Below are positions 26,019 through 37,534 of a stretch of DNA of 64,000 nt, piece after piece. The stretch is taken from the NCBI GenBank assembly GCA_030390025.1, contig CM059432.1, positions 142,602,001 through 142,666,000 on the forward strand, written 5' to 3'. Source of the DNA: Squalus acanthias (taxonomy: Eukaryota). The position numbers and the translations under genes are program-made. Below the pieces are notes generated by a model. That model was given only the letters and a program-made list of their open reading frames with translations. It ran no database searches and was not told the origin of the DNA. Each line of letters begins with the position of its first letter. The stretch's first letter is position 1.

Positions 26019-26478
26019 CTCACCAGAATGATACTGGGGCTTAGAGGATTAAATTATGAGGAAAGGTTGCATAAACTTGACTTGTATTCCCAAGTATAGA
26101 AAATTGAGGGGTGATCTGATGAGGTGTTCAAAACATTAGAACGATTTGATACGGTAAATACAGAGAAACTGTTTCCTCTGGTGGGAAAATCATTAACAAG
26201 GGGACACAATCTTAAAATTAGAGCTAGACCATTCAGGAGTGAAATCAGGAAGCATTTCTTCACACAAAGGGTCGTAGAAATCTGGAACTCTCTCCCCCCA
26301 AAAAGCTGCAGATGCTGGGTAACAATTGGAGCTTTCAGGACTGAGATCGCTAGATTTTGGTTAGGTAAGGGTGTCGAGGGATATGAAGCAAAGGCGGGTA
26401 AATGAATTCGAGGTGCAGATCAGCCATGAATGGCAGAACAGGCTCGAGGAGCTGAGCGGCCTCCTCTTGCTCCTATGA
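26019..26478 (+). mobile_element. CR1 3' fragment
   Basis: TRGHNLK..FFTQRVVEIWNSLP. Confidence 0.85.
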
Positions 26479-27225
26479 TAATTTTGAATAACTTACCAGG
26501 TAAGGTGGAAGAGTGAAAGACATGAGAAACATTCAAAATGCTGTCAGACACCAGACAGGGTAAAATGATGCACCAATAGAATGAGCTTCAAAGGGTCAAA
26601 TGACATGTTCTCATCCTTAACTTGTCCTACGTAATTGTACTTCCTTTCATATAGAGCCTCTCCAAAATGCCCAAAGCTTGTCTTTGGACCAATTCAATAC
26701 AACAAGCCAAATTGAAATGAATGTGGTGTTTGGGATTTAGATTTTTGTTTTGAAGTAGGGTGTGAAAACTTCCTCACCGTAAGAACAGTCAGCGGCTCAG
26801 GCAAAAGGAATTTGTTCTCCTGTGCCTCCTTTGTCTTGACATTTAGTTTTAAATGTCATAGACGATACCCAGGTGCTTCTGGTTAAACTTGAAGCAGTGT
26901 AGCAAGGTAGCATTTCTGGTCCATTCCAAAGTATGTAATCGGTAGACATAACGCACAGAAAGAATGTTGTAAATCTGAACCACTTGGTGAACATGCTTTC
27001 ACTTCCAATTTAAAATTCCTCTCATTTGCTGTCCAAGTCTAAACACTGACTAAAAGAGCATGAGCATACTATTCCACTGCAAAGCTGTGGTTATCCTTGG
27101 CCTGGAGGCTGCAGGGCACAGAATGCCCATTGTGATATTTCTTTATTTTTAATGATTAAAAAAACCCCCTCAGATTTCCATTTTAAATGGGCCACTCAAA
27201 CTGGGGTTGGAGCTCCAGTTCGCTC

Positions 27226-27344
27226 GCACTGGTCCACTAGGACCGGTCAGCCGGCTCTGGTCACTCGCTCCGGTGAGCCAGCGCTGGTCCGCCCGCACCG
27301 GTCAGCTTGCACTGGTCCGCTCGGACCGGTCAGCCTGCACTGGT
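27226..27344. repeat. Degenerate GC-rich 28-bp tandem repeat, about 4.3 units
   Basis: GCACTGGTCCGCTCGGACCGGTCAGCCT-like units starting at 27226, 27254, 27281, 27309, 27337. Confidence 0.75.
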
Positions 27345-27800
27345 AACACCCAGCTTCTGAACTTCCTTTGCATTTTAGATAAAATCCATGTACACACAAA
27401 ATTAAGTGTTGAACGTAAGGCGGGAAAATCTGCGCAAACCTAAATTTTACATTCGGCCCAACTGGTCCATGCTGGTGTTCATGCTCCACATGAGCCTCCT
27501 CCCACCCTACTTCATCTCACCCTATCAACATATCCTTCTGTCCCTATCATTTAATTTGCATGTGAAGTGGATAAAGCAATACAAACTGATACCTTTTTTA
27601 ATTAATTGAAAAGTTTTAAAATAAGTACACACAGGTTTGTCAACAAAGCGAACACGACAACACCATTTCTGAAGGGGTCATATGGCCTCTATCTGTAAAC
27701 ACCTACAATTTTAGATTACTTGGGTCTCTTTGGAATACAGGTATCTTCTCAAGCTTCTAAATTTTGTCCTCTATTCCAGCACAGAGCCTTTACATTTATA

Positions 27801-27890
27801 CAAAAGCAAAATACTGCGGATGCTGGAAATAAAAACAAAAATGCTGGAAATACCTGGCCTGCTGAGTATTTCCAGCATTTTATGTTTTTA
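27801..27890. mobile_element. 90-bp inverted Penelope-like termini with 13-bp TSD
   Basis: Perfect 16-bp inverted repeat AAAATGCTGGAAATAC/GTATTTCCAGCATTTT; CTTTACATTTATA at 27788-27800 and 27891-27903; arm similar to 33200-33233. Confidence 0.65.
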
Positions 27891-28113
27891 CTTTACATTT
27901 ATATACCGGGTTATATCTCTAAGTGTGCATAATCTGGCTAGGCATGAAGTAGTGGGAAAACATTGTACACTGTAGAAATCAAAGCAACATTTGGTCTCTT
28001 AAACAATATGCATTTCAGTTAATTTAATGACTCAGTGTAGATGTCGAATCCAAAGCATAAAATAGCAGTGAGACACAACCGGGAAAAGGTTTGGAAATGG
28101 TATCGGTACCTAC

Positions 28114-28178
28114 CATTGCTAAGTCATCGCGACTGCAGTCGAGGGCAGCAACCATCACTTGTTCATAAATTACCCAAA
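28114..28178 (-). CDS. EMC2: EMC2 coding exon 3 ([22 protein letters not shown])
   Basis: CAG acceptor, GTAGGT donor, 65 nt, phase compatible with both neighbours; matches EMC2 IWIIYEQVMIAALD motif. Confidence 0.97.
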
Positions 28179-28339
28179 CTGAATGAAGGAGAAATTTAAA
28201 CACAGGAGAGAAAAATCACATCATCACTTAAAAAAACACGCACAACATGCTTTTAATAAGCTGTTATTGGTTGCATCTTCAAAATAAAATCACATTGTAA
28301 ACAGTCAGCAGAAGTCACTTATTGTCCATATCAGATTAG

Positions 28340-28530
28340 AGAATGAGGATAGAAAGAAAGAGGAAAGAGAGAACGAGAGGGAGAACAAAAGAATAAGGAA
28401 GGAGAGAGAAGAGAAAGAAAGAGAGATGGAGAGAAAGAGAGAGGAAGAAAGAGAACGACAGAGAGAGAAAGCGAGAGAGAAACCAAGAGAGATAGAGAAA
28501 GAGAGAACGGAAAAAAGAAGGAACGGGAAG
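28340..28530. repeat. Purine-rich (GA/GAA) low-complexity tract
   Basis: Almost only G and A on the + strand. Confidence 0.85.
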
Positions 28531-28590
28531 ATGCAGACATAGAGATTCATTTCAAGGATGTCTGGAATTAATAGTGTGCCTCAAAATACT

Positions 28591-28882
28591 TTCCAGGTAA
28601 TTTATGAATGCAGAAACATTAGAATCTCTTGTTCCAGGTAATTTATGAATGCAGAAACATTAGAATCTCTTGTTCCAGGTAATTTATGAATGCAGAAACA
28701 TTAGAATCTCTTGTTCCAGGTAATTTATGAATGCAGAAACATTAGAATCTCTTGTTCCAGGTAATTTATGAATGCAGAAACATTAGAATCTCTTGTTCCA
28801 GGTAATTTATGAATGCAGAAACATTAGAATCTCTTGTTCCAGGTAATTTATGAATGCAGAAACATTAGAATCTCTTGTTCCA
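28591..28882. repeat. 41-bp minisatellite, 7 identical units
   Basis: TTCCAGGTAATTTATGAATGCAGAAACATTAGAATCTCTTG x7 plus TTCCA. Confidence 0.97.
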
Positions 28883-30297
28883 TGTCAGGACAGCTACAAT
28901 TATTCCATTTGCTTTGAAGCACTTCCCAGCTCTAATCTTTAGCAAATGCCTTGACACTGCAATATTTCCAAAATATGAAAAGATAATTGAACAGAGGCCA
29001 CAGATCAAACAAAACTGCTACTGTGCAGATAACAATTACTGAATTAGAGTAGAAAAACAAGGGTTGCTCCACAATAAGATTTTATCTCGACAGTGGGTCT
29101 TCTGTTCAACCTTCACTTCGGAATAATTGCCGTATTAAAAATGACAGCAATACACTACCCTTGTTGGAGAGAGTGAGTTATTGCGGGTGTGTGTGTGTGT
29201 GCTTGTGCCTGTGTTTACCACCAGAGGCAGTGTGATCTGCTTTATACTGTGGGGCTGCTATTGACAGCAGTGCTGTAATGTAAAATGAGCAACAGTATTT
29301 CTACACAACTTCCTTATGTAGAGTCTAGTACTCTAACTTGTTCAATGCTTTAAAAAAAAACAATTGAGGACAATTATATTTTCACACACAGCTGGGTTAG
29401 GGCGTGGAGTTATGAAAAAAAATAACTCATACGCTCAGAGACACAGGATCATTGTAACCAATTCACAAGTTGGCAATTATCTGTTTCTGTTGTATAAACT
29501 GTGGGCCCCATCGTCAAGTATAAAATGTCTCTCTCCCCCCGCCCCATTTTCAGTACATAGTTCCTACAGCAGATGGAAAAGAAACAACAAAAGACATGAA
29601 GGCTTACTCCGAAATATGTAAAGGCTATAATTAATAGTAATAATGAACTCAACTGACAGGGTATCAGGACCCTAAGACTTCTGGTCTTGTCCGTCAATTA
29701 ACCTGCCTATTACCCAACTCACCAGCATTTAAACACATACCAATTACAATTGGCTAGATGCTGTATCCAAGTACATTGCGGATATTCATGGCTGGGGCTG
29801 CATGTTTTCCATAGGAATTTGGGTCTAATTTTACAATCTTTACACATTCGGAGGTGCTGTGTACACCCTACTGAGAGAATAAACTTAATTAATTGTTAGA
29901 AAATACTGAAGGAAGCATCTTAGAGTACAGTTAACGATTAGAATTCAAAACCAGACAAGCCTCTTATTAAACCCATCACACAAGTTAAAACTTGGAAAGA
30001 TTGTTCACATTTGTGTTATTCAAACGTGCCTTCTCACCAAAAGCACAGAAATGATGGATGCTTAAACAGCTGGTCTTAGTGACGAAGTAGGTATCATTTA
30101 AAATAGCTAAGTGAAAAGCACAGTCCTTTCCTCTGATCTCTGGAGTGCTTCACTCTGGGGGCCCTCATGACTTGTAATTCTTATTTACAATCCTGATCAG
30201 ATTATTAATTCCAGTAATCTGCTCCCTGGTACGGACGGTTATTCATTATGTCAAAGGCAGGATCTTTTAAAACCCTGGCAATTAAAAGTAATGAGAT

Positions 30298-32230
30298 GAG
30301 AGAGAGACAGACAGAAAGACAGAGAGAGGGGGAGAAGGACAGAGAGAGGGGGAGAAGGACAGAGAGGGGGGGAGAAGGACAGGGGGGGGGGAGAAGGACA
30401 GAGAGAGGGGGAGAAGGACAGGGGGGGGGAGAAGGACAGGGGGGGGGAGAAGGACAGAGGGGGGGGGAGAAGGACAGGGGGGGGGAGAAGGACAGAGGGG
30501 GGGGGAGAAGGACAGGGGGGGGGAGAAGGACAGGGGGGGGAGAAGGACAGGGGGGGGAGAAGGACAGGGGGGGGGAGAAGGACAGGGGGGGGAGAAGGAC
30601 AGGGGGGGGGAGAAGGACAGGGGGGGGGAGAAGGACAGGGGGGGGGGAGAAGGACAGGGGGGGGGAGAAGGACAGGGGGGGGGAGAAGGACAGGGGGGGG
30701 GGAGAAGGACAGGGGGGGGGAGAAGGACAGGGGGGGGGGAGAAGGACAGGGGGGGGGAGAAGGACAGGGGGGGGGAGAAGGACAGGGGGGGGGAGAAGGA
30801 CAGGGGGGGGGAGAAGGACAGGGGGGGGGAGAAGGACAGGGGGGGGGAGAAGGACAGGGGGGGGGAGAAGGACAGGGGGGGGGAGAGAAGGACAGGGGGG
30901 GGGAGAAGGACAGGGGGGGGGAGAAGGACAGGGGGGGGGAGAAGGACAGGGGGGGGGAGAAGGACAGGGGGGGGGGAGAAGGACAGGGGGGGGGAGAAGG
31001 ACAGGGGGGGGGAGAAGGACAGGGGGGGGGGGAGAAGGACAGGGGGGGGGAGAAGGACAGAGGGGGGGGAAGGACAGGGGGGGGGGAGAAGGACAGAGGG
31101 GGGGAGAAGGACGGGGGGGGGGAGAAGGACAGAGGGGGGGAAGGACAGGGGGGGGGGGAGAAGGACAGAGGGGGGGAGAAGGACGGGGGGGGGAGAAGGA
31201 CAGAGGGGGGGAGAAGGACAGAGGGGGGGAGAAGGACAGAGGGGGGGAGAAGGACAGAGAGAGGGGGAGAAGGACACGGAGAGAGGGGGAGAAGGACACG
31301 GAGAGCGGGGGAGACGGACACGGAGAGCGGGGGGAGACGGACACGGAGAGCGGGGGAGACGGACACGGAGAGCGGGGGAGACGGACACGGAGAGAGGGGG
31401 AGAAGGACACGGAGAGCGGGGGAGACGGACACGGAGAGCGGGGGAGACGGACACGGAGAGCGGGGGAGACGGACACGGAGAGCGGGGGAGACGGACACGG
31501 AGAGCGGGGGAGACGGACACGGAGAGCGGGGGAGACGGACACGGAGAGCGGGGGAGACGGACACGGAGAGCGGGGGAGACGGACACGGAGAGCGGGGGAG
31601 ACGGACACGGAGAGCGGGGGAGACGGACACGGAGAGCGGGGGAGACGGACACGGAGAGCGGGGGAGACGGACACGGAGAGCGGGGGAGACGGACACGGAG
31701 AGCGGGGGAGACGGACACGGAGAGCGGGGGAGACGGACACGGAGAGCGGGGGAGACGGACACGGAGAGCGGGGGAGACGGACACGGAGAGCGGGGGAGAC
31801 GGACACGGAGAGCGGGGGAGACGGACACGGAGAGCGGGGGAGACGGACACGGAGAGCGGGGGAGACGGACACGGAGAGCGGGGGAGACGGACACGGAGAG
31901 CGGGGGAGACGGACACGGAGAGCGGGGGAGACGGACACGGAGAGCGGGGGAGACGGACACGGAGAGCGGGGGAGACGGACACGGAGAGCGGGGGAGACGG
32001 ACGGAGGGGGGGAGAGACGGAGGCGGGGGGAGACGACCGGAGGGGGGGGGAGAGGCGGAGGGGGGGGAGAGGCGGAGTAGAGGTGGGGGGGTAGAGGGGG
32101 GAGGGGGGGAGAGGGGGAGGGGGGAGAGGGGGAGGGGGGGGGTAGAGGGGGGAGGGGGGAGAGGGGGAGGGGGGGAGACGGAGAGGGGGAGAGACGGAGA
32201 GGCGGAGAGAGAGAGGGAGGGAGGGGGTGG
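30298..32230. repeat. G-rich compound minisatellite (GGAGAAGGACA-Gn units, then 22-bp GAGACGGACACGGAGAGCGGGG units)
   Basis: No T on the + strand from 30298 to 32077; two related unit types. Confidence 0.97.
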
Positions 32231-32956
32231 GAGTGCTGGAGGATTTGAAGGAGAGTTTTAAAGGACCTCTCGCTGATGCTGTGGATTCCACGCAGGCCTC
32301 ACAACATGTGCCCGCGGCTGGTTGAAAATATTCTGCCGAGACATATTAACACATGTCAACCGATGTCAACCGATTCAGTGCGTCAACGGCAAGGGAGAGT
32401 TTCTGCTACTGTTCAAGACATAATTTTTGAAGGCTGCTAAAAGACAAGGTCATGGCTCTAGGAGCCAGGGATCGGAGGGTGGAAGGTCTCAGCTGCCAGC
32501 TTCATCCTTCAGCCTGATCTGTTTATCATCAATTCTCCAGAAAGGGGCAGGCACTTGGCTATATTATTGCTTAAATACACTGGGCACAGAATGATGGATG
32601 GTTAGAAGTGAGTGATAAGGTTCTGGTTTACCCTGGGGTTTCAGGCGACATCAAAAACCAAGAAAATCTCTAATGGTTATGGAAGTCATCTGAACACAAG
32701 AGATTAAATTACCACCTTACACTGACTATACAATCCATGATGCTTTACACAATGTACAATCTTTCTTTAACACAATGAAACTAATGTTAAAGAGTGGTAC
32801 TGAAAGGACAGTGACAGCAGACTGAGCTCATCACTGCAGAACACTGTCGTAAAATTTACATCAGAAAGCTTCAAAATTTGTACGGAACAAAGGATGAGGA
32901 CGAGTGGTTAACCAACAATTAACTTGAGTCACATTGGATGTTTCAATGCAAGAGAA

Positions 32957-33443
32957 AGAACTTGCACTTCTATAGCACCTTTCAGGAACTCAGGTCATCC
33001 CAAAGCGCTTTACAGCCATTGATATACTTTTGAAGTGTGGTCATTGTTGTAATGTGGGAAACGCGGCAGCCAATTTGCAGACAGCAAGCTCCCACAAACA
33101 GCAATGTGATAATGACCAGATAATCTGTTTACGGTGTCCTGACGAAACGTCATCGACCTGAAACGTTAACTCAGTTTCTCTCTCTACAGATGCTGCCTGA
33201 CCTGCTGAATGTTTACCAGCATTTTCTGTTTTTCGTTCTGTTTTCTGGTGATGTTGGTTAAGGGATAAATATTGGCCGGGACACCGGGGAGAGCTCCCCT
33301 GCTTTTCTTTGAAATAGTGGCCGTGGGATCTTTTACATCCACCGGAGAGGGCAGACAGGGCCTCAGCTTAATGTCTCATCCAAAAGGCAGCCCCTCCGAG
33401 AGTGCAGCACTCCCTCAGCGCTGCATTGAAATATCAGCCTGGA
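32957..33443 (-). mobile_element. SacSINE1-like SINE interrupted by a Penelope-like fragment
   Basis: Similarity on both sides of 33131-33236. Confidence 0.75.
33131..33236 (+). mobile_element. Second Penelope-like family terminal fragment with degenerate hammerhead
   Basis: CTGACGA-A-ACGTC-ATC-GACCT-GAAACGTT-AACT with mismatches in stems I and II; TCTGTTT duplicated on both sides inside a SINE. Confidence 0.6.
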
Positions 33444-34204
33444 GTCCATAGATTGCGTTGTTGTGACGATTTGCTCTGAAACAATTGGAATGCCACATTT
33501 CAGGCAACAGTGCTCAATGGAAGGTCGGAGGTCACAGTAAGGGGCCTGATGTGGTGTAAATTTAAAATGGGCACTCAACCCAAGGGGGCTGGGACACAAC
33601 TGAAGCAGTTCTAATATACAAGATCACAAGCACAATCCTGGAAATTAAAGGCCTCCTCACTGAAATCCAGAGTGGGAGTAATATTGGAGTCTATTACAAA
33701 ATATGCAATTCACGATCCACTGAGAAACACAGCACTAAATCTAAAGCTGAGTGTATGAAAGGCAAGTTGTTACTATTAAATTTATTGGGAGTCTTTGATG
33801 GAAACGAGTTGGTGGATAAGTATAGGTCTTGACTTGCAGAAAGCATGGCAGTTCTTCAAGATAATTATAGCTGAAGTGAAAGCTCCTACGTTAAATATGC
33901 TTTTAAACTGGATAATAAATTCTGTAGAAATTAGCAAAGAGCAGTCTCAGCAGCACAGCTGTGGCTCGCAGTGTCTCCCCGGGTCAGTCCTCGTGTCCCT
34001 GTTACTGTATGCAGGATGCCTATCTGTGCGTGTCCCCAAGATGTGTGGAAAAGCAAGGAACTCCAAGGGGAACAGAGGTGGCTCCTCGATGGCTCCCTTG
34101 GTAAACGCACTGCACGGTGGGACGTCAAGTGGTTCAGATTAAGGGCAGACCGGGTTTGATCCCTGCTCTGTGACTGAGTAATCCCATCTCAACTCGCGCT
34201 GCAG

Positions 34205-34965
34205 GATACAGGTGGATTCGAATAGACTTGGGAATTGGGCAGACAGGTGGCAGATGAAATTCAATGTGGAGAAATGCAAAGTTCTTCACATGGGGACAAA
34301 GAAAATGCAGGAAGGGACTATTACTGAAATGGAAAGAAAGTATTGTGCATGGAAATGATTGCGGGGATGGAGGGATTGAATTATGAGGAGCGTCTATGTA
34401 AATTGGCCAAGTTCTCACTGGAAAAAGGTTGAGCGGTATTATGATTCTTTTAGGAATCGAAAGGGACTAGATAATGTAGACCATAATAATCTGTTTCACC
34501 TTGCCCAGAACAGTACAACCAGAGGACACGGCCAGCGCTTGAAGGGGGGGAAATTCAAAACTAATCTGCAGAAACAATATTTCAGTGATCGAGTGGTGAA
34601 TCTATGGAACAGGCTCCTTAGGGAGATGGTGGAAGCAGATTTTATTGATTCATTCATTTGCAAATTAGATAGATTTATTTCAGCAAATAACATTTTGTGC
34701 TCCAGTACATGAGTAATTCAAGGCATGATGTGTGTAAGTGCAGCGTGCTCGGGAGGAACAGGTAACTTTGGACCTATGATTTCCAAAGCTCTCCATTACT
34801 GGGGGTTTTCCTCACCTCATCTCTGGGTCTGTTGTAGACTAATTGACAGAGATTGATCGCTGCGATTAGTCAACAACTCCATTATCGTTGTATCATGTGA
34901 CTACCAGGATGGTAGAAGACAAACTAGATGGACCTTGGTCCGCTTCGTCTCAGTTCCTACGTTCC
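34205..34965 (+). mobile_element. CR1 3' fragment, distinct subfamily with long 3' UTR
   Basis: WQMKFNVEKCK, TRGH..RVVNLWNRL motifs. Confidence 0.8.
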
Positions 34966-36816
34966 TGACAGTGAAGTCAAGAAAATTAGCCCAAGTATCC
35001 CAAAGCTAGAAAGTGGGGGAAAAAATCAGCTCGGGTTCCCACTCTTGATCTCTATCCACTGAGCTCTGCTGGAAAGCACATGGTTATCAGGTGAGGGCAG
35101 GATAAGTGCTTGCTGCGATTCTCACGGATAGCTTTTCCTTCCCAAGGTCAAGGATACCTCCACCGCTGCCCCGTCGATCGTCACATAACTGTGCACATAT
35201 CAGAAAAGTGACCTTCCTGGTCTAGATGACTCAGTGTTGGATTGGCTCAAAGGTAACACTCGGAACTCTGAGTCGCATGGTTGAGGGTTCAAGACCCGCT
35301 CTAGGCTGACATTGCAGTGCTGAGAGAGTGCTTGAGAGAGTGCTGCACTGTTGGAGATGCCGTGTTTCAGACGAGGCATTAAACCAATGTCCCCGCCTGC
35401 CTGTTCACATAAAACCACACAAGTTTACAGTATTCGGCCAGGTCTTTGATAGAGGAACCCAGAACTAATCCCGCTGCCCCACACTCTCCCACTAGCCCTG
35501 TAACTTCCTCTGTTTCAAATAATTATCCAATTCTCCCTTCCAGTCGAGTGAAAAACCCGGTTTGGACACTATGTGCCAAATGGCCTCCTCTTGTGCTGTC
35601 AACTTCAATAGTTGAATGATTCATTAGGGGAGCGCCAAAATTAATATCCCTATCGTCGAAGTGTCTCAAAACTCTGTGATCATTTTACATTAAAACTCTA
35701 GTACAGCTATTGCAAATACTTTGGCGTAGAGGGGAGAAGCAATAGAGTTTTGAATGAGATATGATAGAGAATTGCTGGGGCTTTCTAAAGAACAGCTTAC
35801 TGGTAAAGATAGACGAGCTCATTCATGTCATCAATTCTTTGTGTAGCCTGACAAATTAATTTTTGAAACTGCCTGCATCAGTCAATTTTCGCTGAAGAAA
35901 CACTGATACTGGGGCAGGGGAGAACTAACTGGTTTATTGGCTTGCAATCCAAAGAAGTATTTGTGAGTTACAATTATTGTCATTGCCCTTCAAGATGTCA
36001 TCTCTTCTTGACAGAGTAGGTGGGTCAGAGTTCAAAGCTACACTCTTGTTCATCACCTTAGTTTAAGTGTTTACAACTGGTTAATCTCCGGGGCATTGCA
36101 CACAGCAACTCCGAGAACATGGTCATTCTCTGATCAGTCGCTGATGTCTTTGCGTTGCTGTCTCTCTCAGTCTCTCCTCTTCTGTTCCCTTTCTCTTCTC
36201 TTTGTCTTATCTCCCCTTAACTCTTCTTTTTCCTTCACGCTCTGTCTTTTTGTCTTCTCACTGGTGGGTGGTATGGCATGATGGCGAATGGAAAGCAACA
36301 CCAATGGCCGCAGGTTGCATTTGGATGAGGTTTTCAGGGACATGGTGACCCTCGGAGGCTTCCTCCCCATAAGGCGAGTGCTTCCCCCACGTCGTTACTC
36401 CCATTGCATCATCTGCCCCATGACTTTCCCACTACACATTCTCATTCCTGCTACCTCCTCACTCCCATCCCCACTTCCTCTTCCCACTGCCAGCTCAACA
36501 CCTGTATCCTCCCCTCCCCCTTTCTCCACCATCATTCACTTCACCCTTAACTCTCCACTCGCTCCCCCAAGAGGTGTCATGAGGCCAGAGCCTCCCTTAC
36601 TCTTAACTGCCTCCCCTCTCGTCCTCTGTTTCCCTCGAAGAGGCTTTGCTTGCTTTCAAAATTCAACTTTAAAAAAAAATCAAATTAGAATGAGGAAAAA
36701 GTACCCATGTCTCTCTCCTCTCTTCACCGTCTCTCAGGTTCTAATTTCCAAAACCTATCTGTCACAGGTGTGCGCAATTATTGTTGACCTGCGTTAACAA
36801 AGAACAGCGAGATACT

Positions 36817-37534
36817 GGGCCAGATTCTGCTTCCAAAATCACGACGAGTTTAATGTGTAAATCGTCCAGCAACTTGTGGGGAGGAAGAGATTACCCGTGA
36901 GCTGTGAATCGCCGTAGGTTGCTGGACGATTTGCACCGCTCCGCCGTCAGCCTCATGAAAATGGCAGCTCGCGCTCAACCTCCCCGTGAGTTTCAAGAAA
37001 TTGCTGTATTTGCGCATTAATTCCCCATTAAACTCGTCGTTGAAAGTTAGAGCTGGTGCGTTAAGTACCCTTTCAATGAGGAGATTTATATTCCTGCAAT
37101 GCCACTCAACCTCTCCAGCCCAGAAAGTGAACAACTGAAACTGTGAAGTCTCATTCCTGCAGGTAGTAAATTCAAAAAATTTAAATTCTTTTCTTACTTT
37201 TCCTTTCTGTCTCTTTTTTCTCTCTCTCTTAATCCAGTCTTTCTTTCCCTCTCTTTATTTCTCTTTCTGTACCTGATTTGACTCTCATTCACCTTATTTC
37301 CTTCTCCATCGTTCCTGTTTCTTTCTCAATCCTTAAATCTCATTGGTTAAGGAGATAGACTGTTGGTCCCACCATTCACTGAGATCTCAGATGCCCCATT
37401 GCCCTCGCCGCGCTGTTATCAGCTCGCACTTCCAGCAAGTTACGAGGCAAAACAACTTCGAGCTGAAGGGTGAGGGAAAAAGTCTAACTACTGGGGCATG
37501 CTGCGAGATGCCCCACTCCAGCAAGATCTGGGGT
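36817..37534. mobile_element. Possible older MITE with related termini
   Basis: GGGCCAGATTCTGCT ... AGCAAGATCTGGGG imperfect TIR; GC-rich arms around an AT/pyrimidine core; no clear TSD. Confidence 0.4.

Noticed and set aside
30205..32291. Four 569-669 aa ORFs (Pro-rich or Gly/Arg-rich)
   Set aside because: Artefact of a tract lacking T on + and A on -, so no stop codons can occur; open in several frames on both strands
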